The translations under genes were made by a program, and so were the position numbers. A stretch of 64,000 nucleotides of DNA from Pseudomonadota bacterium (GTDB lineage Bacteria > Myxococcota_A > Polyangia > JAAYKL01). The stretch lies in contig JALNZK010000012.1 of NCBI GenBank assembly GCA_023229365.1, positions 3,472-67,471 on the forward strand. The letters are read 5' to 3'. This document shows, in pieces, positions 45,745-54,699 of this stretch. Positions within the stretch are counted from its first letter, which is position 1; every line of letters starts with the position of its first letter. The notes beneath the pieces are model-generated. The model saw nothing but the letters and a program-made list of their open reading frames with translations, did not search any database and had not been told where the DNA came from.

Positions 45745-46320
45745 TCAACCGCCTTTCGACGACTTTCTGCGCTCGCGGCGGTACTCCCACGGCGGGGTCG
45801 GGTCCGGATCGGCCCACAGCCCGCGCCGCGCGGCCTTCGCCTCGGCCTCGAGCTCTCCGAGGCGCGTGTCCTTCGAGTACTGCCGGTACCACCACGCGAG
45901 CCCGTCTCGGACCAGGATCTCGTTGAGCGATCCGCCGTCCGGGAGCGCGACCTTCCCGACCGCGCGGCCGTAGCGATCCCGGGTCTCGGAGCTCACGCGC
46001 ACGACGCGCCCGAAGGCGAGCTCCGAGGCGCGCCGCTTCGCCTTCTTGCCGAAGGGCTGCTTCTTCTCGGGGCAGTCGATGCCCGCCAGCCGCACGCGGA
46101 CGGCGCGGCCTTCGTGCATCACGTCGACGGTGTCGCCGTCGAGCACCGCGACGACCTCTCCCGAGAAGCTCCCGCTCGGCGCGCGCGCGCGCGGCGAGCG
46201 CTCCGCCTCCCTCACGGGCTCCTCGCCGAGGAGCCACCACGCCGCGAACCCGGCGAGCGCGGCGACGAGGAGGCCCGCGAGCGCGGCCTTCGAACGGGGC
46301 TTCGTCTTGGCGGCGCTCAT
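45745..46320 (-). CDS. thermonuclease (SNase-like) family protein, membrane-anchored
   Basis: N-terminal TM; DGDTVDV...VRLAGIDCPE; start overlaps the ptb-like stop (ATGA). Confidence 0.7.
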   Translation of the reverse strand: MSAAKTKPRSKAALAGLLVAALAGFAAWWLLGEEPVREAERSPRARAPSGSFSGEVVAVLDGDTVDVMHEGRAVRVRLAGIDCPEKKQPFGKKAKRRASELAFGRVVRVSSETRDRYGRAVGKVALPDGGSLNEILVRDGLAWWYRQYSKDTRLGELEAEAKAARRGLWADPDPTPPWEYRRERRKSSKGG

Positions 46321-47225
46321 GGCGCGGCGCAGGAGAGCGCGGCGACGATCGAGCAGTACTTGTCGTCCGGCGAGGAGGCGCGGGAGAGGAGCACGATCGG
46401 CACCGCGCCGCCGACGACGCAGCCGCCGGAGCGCATCCCCTCGGCGAACAGGAGCATCGCCTTGCCCATCAGGTTGCCCGCCACGACGTCGGGGCAGTGC
46501 AGGACGTCGGCGCGGCCGACGACGCACCCCCCGCGCCCCTTGATCCCCGCGGCGCAGGCGTCGAGCGCGCAGAAGAGGTCCATCGGCCCGTCGAACTCGC
46601 CGAGCTCCGCGAGCTCGCCGCCGGGCGCGAACAGCTCCTTGAGGCGCGCCATCTCGAGGGAGCTCGGGATCCTCTCGTCCGGCACCTCGGTGGACGAGAG
46701 CCCGGCGATCCGCGGCCGGGCGACGCCCAGCCGGCGCAGGGCGTCGACGGCGTTCTTCAGGATCTCGACGCGCTGCGCGAACGAAGGGAACGGCACGACG
46801 CCGCCGTCGGTCATCGCGACGAGCCTGTCGAACCGCGGGTGATCGAAGAGCGTGAGGTGGCTGAGCAGCCTGTCGGGGCGCTTCAGGCCGTGCTTCAGCC
46901 CGACGCGCATGAGCTCAGGAGTGGAGAGCCGCCCCTTCATCAGGGCGTCGGCCCGGCCCTCACCGATGGCGCGCATCGCGGCGAGCACCATCTCCTCCGG
47001 ATCCCGCACGTCCTCGATCGGGAAGCCGCCGAGCTCCACGCCCGCCCTTCCGGCGGCGTGCTCGATGGCCCCGCGATCGCCGACGAGCAGCGGACGGGCG
47101 ATCCCCTCGGCCGCGGCGCGGGCCACCCCGGCGAGCACGGCCCCCTCCTCCGCGCCCACGACGACGAGCGTCCTCGGGTCGCGCGCCCGGATCCGCGCGG
47201 CGAGCTCGTCGAAGCCGATCCTCAT
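46317..47225 (-). CDS. ptb: phosphate acetyl/butyryltransferase family protein
   Basis: Pta/Ptb fold, about 300 aa (MRIGFDELAARIRA...). Confidence 0.7.
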   Translation of the reverse strand: MRIGFDELAARIRARDPRTLVVVGAEEGAVLAGVARAAAEGIARPLLVGDRGAIEHAAGRAGVELGGFPIEDVRDPEEMVLAAMRAIGEGRADALMKGRLSTPELMRVGLKHGLKRPDRLLSHLTLFDHPRFDRLVAMTDGGVVPFPSFAQRVEILKNAVDALRRLGVARPRIAGLSSTEVPDERIPSSLEMARLKELFAPGGELAELGEFDGPMDLFCALDACAAGIKGRGGCVVGRADVLHCPDVVAGNLMGKAMLLFAEGMRSGGCVVGGAVPIVLLSRASSPDDKYCSIVAALSCAAP

Positions 47226-47770
47226 CCGGCCGCGAGGCCGGCGTCGAACGCCTTGAGGTTGTCGTCGGCGGATCCCTTGGAGAGGGCGGCGACGATCGCG
47301 CGCACCTCGGCGCCGTCGAACGGCACCTCCTCGAGCGCGCAGAAGGAGCCCATGAGGTAGAGGTTGGCGGTAAGCGGCTTGCCCGCCGCGAGCGCGAGGC
47401 GGTCCGCGTCGAAGGAGCGGATCTTCACGCGGCTCCGCTCGAAGAGCGCCGAGACCGCGGGCGGCACGTGCGAGAGGTCGGGCGCGTTGACGAGGTAGAC
47501 CCCGCCCGGGCGCAGGAACTCGAGGTTGCGCAGCCCCTCCGTCTTCTCAAGGGCGACGAGCGCGTCGGCGGTCCCCGGGATCACCATCGAGCTCGCCTGA
47601 TCGCCCATCTTGAAGTGGGAGACCACCGAGCCGCCGCGTTGGCTCATGCCGTGCGTCTCGGCCCCCATCACCTTCTGGCCCCTGGCCATCGCGGCCTCGA
47701 ACAGGATCCGGCTCGCGAAGAGGATCCCCTGCCCGCCGACGCCCGCCAATACGACGTTGAAAGGTCTCAT
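47222..47770 (-). CDS. iorB: indolepyruvate:ferredoxin oxidoreductase, beta subunit
   Basis: VVLAGVGGQGILFASRIL; translationally coupled (ATGA) to iorA. Confidence 0.85.
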   Translation of the reverse strand: MRPFNVVLAGVGGQGILFASRILFEAAMARGQKVMGAETHGMSQRGGSVVSHFKMGDQASSMVIPGTADALVALEKTEGLRNLEFLRPGGVYLVNAPDLSHVPPAVSALFERSRVKIRSFDADRLALAAGKPLTANLYLMGSFCALEEVPFDGAEVRAIVAALSKGSADDNLKAFDAGLAAG

Positions 47771-49689
47771 GCGCGCTCCTCCCGATCCGCCTTCGCGATC
47801 TCGACGATGGCGCCGCGGTTGCACACCGCGACGCACTGCCCGCACTTGGCGCAGACGCGCGGGTCGATCGCGGTGAGGAAGCGGCCCTCCTTGCCGGGCA
47901 CGGGCGCGGCCGGCACGAGCGCCTGGCACTCGAAGGTCGTGCGGCAGAGCGCGCAGCCGTTGCACTTGTCGTTCACCTCGACGGCGTGCGTGTTGAGCTG
48001 CGCCGCGGTCTTCCTGTCGTTCAGGAGGCACGGGTGGCGCGAGACGATCACCGCGACGCGCCCGTCCGGGCCGCGGCAGTGGGCCTGCGCCTCCTTCAGC
48101 AGCGCCGTCATGCCTTCGAGGTCGTAGGGGTCGTGCACGCGGACGAACTGGACGCCGAGCCCGCGGCAGGCGTCCTCGATAGGCAGCACCGGCCCGATCG
48201 TCCCGTCCGCCTGCTGGCCGAGCGCGAGCGTCGGCTGCATGCCGGTCATCGCGGTGACGAAGTTGTCGAGCACGACGAGGACGTAGCGCGCGCCCGAGTT
48301 GATCGCGCCGGCGAGCGCCGGCAGCCCGGCGTGGTAGAAGGTCGAGTCGCCGATCGTCGCGACGATCGGCGGGATCTCGCCGCCGTCGTGGGCGTACGCG
48401 TGGTAGAAGCCGGTCGCCATGGAGATCGCGGCGCCCATGTCGTGGCAGGTGTCGACCGCGTCCAGGTTGAGGCCCAGCGTGTAGCAGCCGATGTCCGAGG
48501 TGTAGATCCCCTTCTTTCCGAAGGTCTTGCGGATCCCGTAGAACGCCGAGCGGTGCGGGCACCCCGGGCAGAGGCTCGCCGGACGGACCGGGAGCTTCAG
48601 GTCGGATACAACCGCAGCGGCGTCGGGGCTGGCACTCCACGGCGCGTCGACGATCCCGTGCGCGTGCAGCGCGCGGCCGAGCACCTCGGTGAGCACGCCC
48701 GCGGTCAGCTCGCCCTCGTCCGGCACCGTGCCGTCGCCGCGCCCCATCACGCTCCTTCTATCGCGGAGCTGGAGCTCGACGACCTGATCCGGCTCCTCGA
48801 CGACGAGCACGCGCTCGTACTTCGCGACGAACTCCTCCAAGATCCGCTGCGGGAGCGGGTAGACGGCGCCGACCTTGAGCATGGGCACGCGGTCGAGGAC
48901 GCCGCGCTCCGCCAGGATGTCGCGGATCGTCGCGAACGGGTTGCCCGCGGCGATGATCGCGAGCGGCGACTTCGCGCCGGGGTTCAGCACGGCGTTCCAC
49001 GGCGAGGACTCGAGCTCCAGGGCGATGCGGCGCAGCTTCTCGTTCAGCTTCTTGTGGAGCAGGAGGCGCCAGCGTGGCGTCGCGGCCCACCTGTGCGGAT
49101 CCTTCTCGAACTTCGCGGGGCGCCCCCCGCGCGCGGGCTCGCCGAGCTCACAGCTCTCGCGGCCGTGGCAGACGCGGAGCGACGGCCGGAGGATCACCGG
49201 GATCTCGTGCCGCTCCGAGAGCTCGAACGCGTACGGCACCATGCGGCGCGCCTCGTCCGGGGAGGACGGGTCGAGCACCGGGATCTTCGCGAAGAAGCCG
49301 AAGAGGCGCGTGTCCTGCTCGGTCTGCGACGAGTGCGGCCCGGGATCGTCTGCGCAGATGACGACGAAGCCGCCCTTCACGCCGATGTACGCCGAGCTCA
49401 TCATCGGATCGGCCGCGACGTTCAGGCCGACCTGCTTCATGATCACCGCGGCGCGCTTGCCCGTGTACGCCGCCGCGAGCGCCTCCTCGTAGGCGACCTT
49501 CTCGTTCGCGCTCCACTCGCCGTGGACCTTCACGCCCGCCGCCTTCGCGGCGCGGATGAACGAGGGGAGGATCTCGGAGCTCGGCGTGCCGGGGTACGAC
49601 ATCGCGAGCTGGCAGCCGGCCTCGACGAGGCCGCGTCCGATCGCCTCGTTGCCCAGAAGGACGACCTTCTTCTTCGGGGTTCCGCTCAT
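47767..49689 (-). CDS. iorA: indolepyruvate:ferredoxin oxidoreductase, alpha subunit (TPP-binding, two 4Fe-4S ferredoxin motifs)
   Basis: N-terminal KVVLLGNEAIGRG; CPGCPHR; C-terminal CNGCALC...CAKCGQCVAVC. Confidence 0.9.
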   Translation of the reverse strand: MSGTPKKKVVLLGNEAIGRGLVEAGCQLAMSYPGTPSSEILPSFIRAAKAAGVKVHGEWSANEKVAYEEALAAAYTGKRAAVIMKQVGLNVAADPMMSSAYIGVKGGFVVICADDPGPHSSQTEQDTRLFGFFAKIPVLDPSSPDEARRMVPYAFELSERHEIPVILRPSLRVCHGRESCELGEPARGGRPAKFEKDPHRWAATPRWRLLLHKKLNEKLRRIALELESSPWNAVLNPGAKSPLAIIAAGNPFATIRDILAERGVLDRVPMLKVGAVYPLPQRILEEFVAKYERVLVVEEPDQVVELQLRDRRSVMGRGDGTVPDEGELTAGVLTEVLGRALHAHGIVDAPWSASPDAAAVVSDLKLPVRPASLCPGCPHRSAFYGIRKTFGKKGIYTSDIGCYTLGLNLDAVDTCHDMGAAISMATGFYHAYAHDGGEIPPIVATIGDSTFYHAGLPALAGAINSGARYVLVVLDNFVTAMTGMQPTLALGQQADGTIGPVLPIEDACRGLGVQFVRVHDPYDLEGMTALLKEAQAHCRGPDGRVAVIVSRHPCLLNDRKTAAQLNTHAVEVNDKCNGCALCRTTFECQALVPAAPVPGKEGRFLTAIDPRVCAKCGQCVAVCNRGAIVEIAKADREERA

Positions 49690-49782
49690 GTTGCTCCCTC
49701 GGGTGCGGGGTCCGCTGCGTCCGCGCGTCACGAACTCGTGTGCCCGAAGAATACGTGAGGCGGGCCGCCGGCTGTCAAGAGA

Positions 49783-51345
49783 TCATTCGGTGAGCTTGAG
49801 GATGAAGGCGTCCGCTGTCGTGCCCTCGGAGTGGGCGTGCAGCGGGGGCTGGCCGTAGGGGCCGTCCCAGGAGGAGTCGGAGCGCCCGTACACGTAGAGG
49901 GTGCCGCCCCCGCCCGGGACGATCCCGTAGGCGTAGTCCTGGGAGTCGGCGCCGTAGAGCGTGTGCCAGGCGTAGGAGCCGTCCGCGCCGAGCGCGAGGA
50001 TCCTGGCGTCGAAGCCGTTCGCGTGGGCGTGGTCCGGCTCCTCGCCGTCCGGGCCGACCGAGTACCCGCCGCTCCCGGCCGCGTACAGCGAGTCGGCCGT
50101 GCCGGCGGCGATCTTCACGGGGTTGGAGTAGGGGATGCCGCGGCTGTGGAACGTGTGCCACTCGTAGGCGCCGTCCGCGTCGAGCTTGAGGACGTAGTCC
50201 TGGCCGACGTCCCATTCGAACGCGTGGATCGGCTCCTCGCCCTCCGGCCCGGTCCACTCCGGCCCGGACGGCCCGCTCAGGAAGACCCCGCCGCTCCCGT
50301 CCACGCCGACCCCCGGGCTCTCGTGGGTCCCGGTGGGGTAGAAGGTGTGCCACGCGTACGCGCCGTCCGGGCCCAGCTTGAAGATCACGGAGTTGTCCGA
50401 GCCCGTCGTGTACCCCTGCAGCGGGTCCTGCCCCTCCGGGCCGTGGATCCCGCCGTAGGACGTCCCGGCGAGGTACAGGTTGCCGCTCCCGTCGATCGCG
50501 AGCCACCCGCCGAGCGCCTCCTCGAGCTGCACGCTCCAGAGGAGCGCGCCGTCTCCGTCGAGCTGGAAGACGTTCAGATCGTGGGAGTAGGACCACGGAT
50601 CGAACGGGTTGTTCGTCCGCGTGGGGATCGCCAGGTCGAGGTGCCCGCTCCCGTCGACGGCGATCCCCAGAGGAGAGCACAAATCGCCGAACGCCCGGAA
50701 CGTGTGCCAGAGGTAGCCGCCGTCGGCGTTCAGGCCGAGCACGAAAACGTTGCAGGCGCCCTCCGTGTAGGCGTGGAGCGGGCTCTCGCCGCCCGGCCCG
50801 TCCCAGGACGCGTTCGCCTTGCCGGCCACGAACGCGCCGCCGTCCCCGCCGGCGGCGATCACCGCCGCCCAGCACGACGGCCCGAGGAAGGTGTGCCACT
50901 GGTACTCCCCGTCCGGGCCCAGCGCGAGGACGAAGCCGTCCCGAACGCTTCCAGAGTGGGGGTGGAGCGGCGGCTGGTCCTCCGGGCCGTCCCACGAGGA
51001 GGAGGATCCCCCCGCCAGGAAGACCCCGCCCGCGGCGTCGACGGCGATGGCGTCGGCGTAGGACTCGAACGAGCTCGCCCAGAACGTGTGCCAGAGGTAG
51101 TGGTGGTCGATGTCGACGACGGACACGGACTCCGTGTCCGCGACCGCGATGGACTCGGTGTCGGCGCCGGTGTCGGTGTCGGCGTCGACGTCGGTGTCGG
51201 CGTCGGAACCGGAGCCCGTGTCGGTATCGGTGTCCGCGTCGGCGTCGGTCCCGGAGTCGGCCGCGTGCTGGGCGGCGCTGCCGTAGCAGCCGATCGCAAA
51301 GAGCGCGATCGCGAGCCCGGTGGTTGTTCCTCGAGACATCGTCAT
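49783..51345 (-). CDS. lipoprotein with a (D-T/A/S)n linker and SBBP beta-propeller repeats (recurrent Y-x-WHTF blades)
   Basis: Lipobox FAIGCYG; TD repeats; the motifs YLWHTF, YQWHTF, YAWHTF and YEWHTF. Confidence 0.7.
   Translation of the reverse strand: MTMSRGTTTGLAIALFAIGCYGSAAQHAADSGTDADADTDTDTGSGSDADTDVDADTDTGADTESIAVADTESVSVVDIDHHYLWHTFWASSFESYADAIAVDAAGGVFLAGGSSSSWDGPEDQPPLHPHSGSVRDGFVLALGPDGEYQWHTFLGPSCWAAVIAAGGDGGAFVAGKANASWDGPGGESPLHAYTEGACNVFVLGLNADGGYLWHTFRAFGDLCSPLGIAVDGSGHLDLAIPTRTNNPFDPWSYSHDLNVFQLDGDGALLWSVQLEEALGGWLAIDGSGNLYLAGTSYGGIHGPEGQDPLQGYTTGSDNSVIFKLGPDGAYAWHTFYPTGTHESPGVGVDGSGGVFLSGPSGPEWTGPEGEEPIHAFEWDVGQDYVLKLDADGAYEWHTFHSRGIPYSNPVKIAAGTADSLYAAGSGGYSVGPDGEEPDHAHANGFDARILALGADGSYAWHTLYGADSQDYAYGIVPGGGGTLYVYGRSDSSWDGPYGQPPLHAHSEGTTADAFILKLTE
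51106..51255 (-). repeat. GAC-NNN repeat encoding the D-T/A linker
   Basis: GTCGGTGTCGGCGTCGACGTC periodicity. Confidence 0.7.
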
Positions 51346-51380
51346 TCTCTTCGAAGCGAGCGTATCACAGCTCCAGGCGA

Positions 51381-52385
51381 TTAGCGTTCGTTTGCGCACT
51401 GCGGGTCGTCGGCGAGGGGATCGCCCGAGACCGCGCTCGCGAGCGCGCGGCAGCCGGCGCAGCCCGGGAGGTCGCAGGCCGCGCAGCGCGGGCCCGAGAG
51501 GCGAGGGCGGATCGCGTCCGGCGCCCAGGCGGCGAGCCGCTCCCGGATCGCCGCGAACGGCTCCTCGAGGACGTTGCCGACGGCGATCGGCAGGCGCCGG
51601 CACGGGTACACCGTCCCGTCGGGCATGAGGCACATCGAGTCCGGCCCGAGGTTGCAAAGCGCGCCCGAGAGCGGCTCGTCGGCGCCCGGGCTCGTGTCCA
51701 CCCAGAACGCCCGGTGCGCGAGCAGATCCCCGGGCTCCGCGTCGACGCCGGCGGCGGCGGCGATCGCGCGCGCGGCCGCGCTCCACTCCCGCGGGCCGAG
51801 GAGATCGCCGCGCATGGCGGCGCCCCGCCCGAGCGGGACGAACCTCTCGAAGATGACGCCGGAAGCCCCGCTCTCCCGGGCCAGGTCGACGGCGGAGGCG
51901 ATCGACGCGGCGTTGCGTCTCGAGAGCGTGAGCATGAGCACGACCGGGCGACCGGTCGCGAGGAATCGCGGGAGGTTTTGCATCACCGCGTCGAAGTGGC
52001 CGGGCCAGCGCAGCGCATCGTCGATCCCACGATCGCCGCCCTCGATCGAGATCTTGAAGCACCCGAGCTTGGGGAGCGCCGCGATCTCGTCGAGGACCGC
52101 GCGATCGGCGATCGTCCCGTTCGTGATGACGTTCACCTCGTCGAGCGCCTCGTGGCGGTGCAGGGCGCCGAGAAGATCGGTGAGGCGCGGCTGGAGGAAC
52201 GGCTCGCCGCCGGTGACGTTGATCGAGACGCGGTGGTCGCGCAACCCGCCGAGCACTCGCCCGGCGACGTCGACGAGGCCGCCCAGCCCGAGCTCGCGCG
52301 CGCTCGTGAAGTCGGACTGATAGCAGTGCGCGCAGCTGCCGTCGCACCTGTCCGTCACGTGCCACTGGAAGCCGAATTCGCGCAT
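51381..52385 (-). CDS. radical SAM / SPASM-domain protein (short, 334 aa)
   Basis: N-terminal CDGSCAHC (CxxxCxxC); C-terminal SPASM cysteines CNLGPDSMC...PC and CAACDLPGCAGC. Confidence 0.8.
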   Translation of the reverse strand: MREFGFQWHVTDRCDGSCAHCYQSDFTSARELGLGGLVDVAGRVLGGLRDHRVSINVTGGEPFLQPRLTDLLGALHRHEALDEVNVITNGTIADRAVLDEIAALPKLGCFKISIEGGDRGIDDALRWPGHFDAVMQNLPRFLATGRPVVLMLTLSRRNAASIASAVDLARESGASGVIFERFVPLGRGAAMRGDLLGPREWSAAARAIAAAAGVDAEPGDLLAHRAFWVDTSPGADEPLSGALCNLGPDSMCLMPDGTVYPCRRLPIAVGNVLEEPFAAIRERLAAWAPDAIRPRLSGPRCAACDLPGCAGCRALASAVSGDPLADDPQCANER

Positions 52386-52449
52386 GCGGAGAGTATTACT
52401 CCGGAAAACGGTCGAAGATGAAGGGGGTTCAGCGAATGAGAGCGCGACT

Positions 52450-54468
52450 CTAGTCGGTCAGCAGGCGAATGTTGTCGACATAGACGTCGTTGCCGTATCC
52501 GGAATTGGCGACGAGCCGGAACTGGGCGGTCGCGCTGCCGGCGAGCTCGGTCGAGAGATCCACGAGCTCCGCGGCCCACGCGTCACCTTCGCTCGAGTAG
52601 CGCAGGAATAGCGGACCGACGTTGGTCCAAGCCGTGCCGTCGAATACCTGCACCTGGATACTGTCGTTGGCGTAGCCATAGCCGTCGTCGTGGAACATGT
52701 CGAACGAGAGAAACGCAACCGTCGCTGTAGACAGATCGATCGCTGCCGACTCGAGGCTCGCCGTGTCACCGCTGTAGTCGTAGGAATTGAAACGCGCGAT
52801 GTACGAGCCATCGGTTGGCGCACCGCCGGCCGGGTTCACCGTCGCCGCGGCCTGTGCCCAAGTCGCAGTTCCGGTCGGCGCGCCGAGGGTGAGGTTGGTG
52901 GGCGGCCACGCCTCGAAGCTCTCGGACCACAGAACCGTCAGCGCCACGATGGAGTCCACCGTGACGGTCACCGTGTAGTCGACCGCCGGGAAGCCGGTGG
53001 CGGCCTCGTCCAGGACGATGTAGTAGGTCGCGCCGTCGGTGAGCGTCACCGCGAACGAACCCTCGCCCGTCGCCGTGTCGTCGGTAGCCAGCACGGTGCC
53101 CGTGCCGTCCCGGATCTCAACGATCGCGTCGTCGGTGAGCGTCTCGAGACAGTACGAAACGGTGGCGAAGACCGTGTCGGTGGTGGTGCCGCCGTCCACG
53201 GCGAACGAGAAGTAGTCGTCGCCGCTCGTGGTGTCGTCCTCCAGCAGGCCGCACGCCGCGACGTCGTCGCCGGCCGCCGTCAAGGTGACCGCGGTGCTCA
53301 CGGCGGTGGCGATGTCGCCGTTGCCGTTGGAGGTGCCGGTCACGTCGCCCGTCTCGGTGACGCCGTCCACCGGGCACGCGCAGGTCGGGGGCAGGCACTC
53401 CACCGGAGCCGCGGCGTCGTCGCAGCCGTCATCGCACACCGTCGTCTCGGTCCAGCCGAGGCCGTCGGCGTCGCAGGTCTCGATGTTGTCGCCGACGCTG
53501 CACTGCGTCTCGCCCGGCGTGCAGATCTGCTCGCAGGCGTACTCGCCCGAGCCCACGCTGGTCTCCGCGCACGCCGCCGGGCAGTCGAGCAGCACCCACT
53601 CGAGGCCGTCCTCGGAACAGGTCTCCAGGTTGGCGTCGCCGTTGCACAGCGTCGTGTCGGGAACGCACAGGGCGTCGTACACGCACGCTTCGCCGACGTA
53701 CCACTCGTCGGCCCAGTCGCCGGTGTAGAGGAACGCCAGGGTGACCGCCGGCTCGCCGGCGAAGGCCGCGAGGTCTGCGGACGACGTGACCCACACCTCG
53801 TTCGTGTAGCCGGTCGAGTCGTACTCCGCGATCAGGGTGAAGTCCGTCACGTCGGTGACCGTCGCCTGGGCCGCGCCGTACACGAAGTGCCCGTCATAGT
53901 AAGTTGGGAAATAGATCGCTTCTTCGAAAACGAGGACCGGCGTGGTCATGCCCGTGAGATCGAACGCCGGCGAGATCAGCCAGTCGCTCGCGCCCGTGGC
54001 CACGTTGTCGTCGTTGTGCCAGGCGTACGCGGGATCGTCGCCGTCCACGAACGGCCAATCGGCCTCGAACTGCCACCCCGCCGGGTCGCCCGCTTGGATC
54101 TCGGTCCAGCCCTCCGGCATGACGCCGCCGTCGAACGACTCGCAGGGCTCGGCCTCTTCGCCGCCATCGACCCCGGCGTCTTCGGCGCCGCCGTCCGCGT
54201 CGGTGTCGGTGTCGGTGTCGGTGTCAGTGTCAGTGTCGGTATCGGTGTCAGTGTCCGAATCAGTGTCAGTGTCGGTATCGGTGTCGGTGTCCGAATCGGT
54301 GTCGGTGTCGGTGTCGGTGTCCGAGTCGGTGTCGGTGTCGGTGTCGGTGTCCGTGTCCGAATCACCGCCGCCTCCGCCTCCGTCGTCGCATCCGGAGATC
54401 GAGAGAGTCGAGAACCCCAATACCAGCACCAGCACTGCAATCCACCCAAGTTTTCCGTTCATTCTCAT
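52450..54468 (-). CDS. large lipoprotein with a long (T-D)n repeat, an N-terminal jelly-roll-like domain, Cys-rich repeats and a C-terminal beta-sandwich domain
   Basis: Lipobox SISGCDD; a roughly 60-residue [14 protein letters not shown] stretch; the [10 protein letters not shown] / [10 protein letters not shown] repeated unit. Confidence 0.65.
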   Translation of the reverse strand: MRMNGKLGWIAVLVLVLGFSTLSISGCDDGGGGGGDSDTDTDTDTDTDSDTDTDTDTDSDTDTDTDTDTDSDTDTDTDTDTDTDTDTDTDADGGAEDAGVDGGEEAEPCESFDGGVMPEGWTEIQAGDPAGWQFEADWPFVDGDDPAYAWHNDDNVATGASDWLISPAFDLTGMTTPVLVFEEAIYFPTYYDGHFVYGAAQATVTDVTDFTLIAEYDSTGYTNEVWVTSSADLAAFAGEPAVTLAFLYTGDWADEWYVGEACVYDALCVPDTTLCNGDANLETCSEDGLEWVLLDCPAACAETSVGSGEYACEQICTPGETQCSVGDNIETCDADGLGWTETTVCDDGCDDAAAPVECLPPTCACPVDGVTETGDVTGTSNGNGDIATAVSTAVTLTAAGDDVAACGLLEDDTTSGDDYFSFAVDGGTTTDTVFATVSYCLETLTDDAIVEIRDGTGTVLATDDTATGEGSFAVTLTDGATYYIVLDEAATGFPAVDYTVTVTVDSIVALTVLWSESFEAWPPTNLTLGAPTGTATWAQAAATVNPAGGAPTDGSYIARFNSYDYSGDTASLESAAIDLSTATVAFLSFDMFHDDGYGYANDSIQVQVFDGTAWTNVGPLFLRYSSEGDAWAAELVDLSTELAGSATAQFRLVANSGYGNDVYVDNIRLLTD
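54196..54366 (-). repeat. near-perfect (GTCGGT/GTCAGT)n hexanucleotide repeat encoding (T-D)n
   Basis: GTCGGTGTCGGTGTCGGTGTCAGTGTCAGTGTCGGTATC... Confidence 0.85.
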
Positions 54469-54699
54469 GGCTCCTTTACTGGACGACGAGGCCCGGTTCA
54501 GCGGAGGGGAAATCCCTCTCTACGGTTTTTCGGCGCGACCGCCGGCTGGCGATCGCGCAAGTGCATGCAACATAGAGTTGAAAAATCTACTGTCGAGCGA
54601 TGATTCTCGAATGGATATTCATGAAGAGAGCTTGGTGGATTTCCTGCGCTCGTTTGAGCCTCGGCTGCTTTTTTGCCATGCCGCACGACCTCTGCGTAC

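Noticed and set aside
47986-52421. Plus-strand ORFs 47986-49758, 49831-51384 and 51324-52421, and minus ORF 49775-50995
   Set aside because: They are antisense to, or out of frame with, iorA, the SBBP lipoprotein and the radical SAM/SPASM gene. They show no motifs and Arg/Gly-rich composition.
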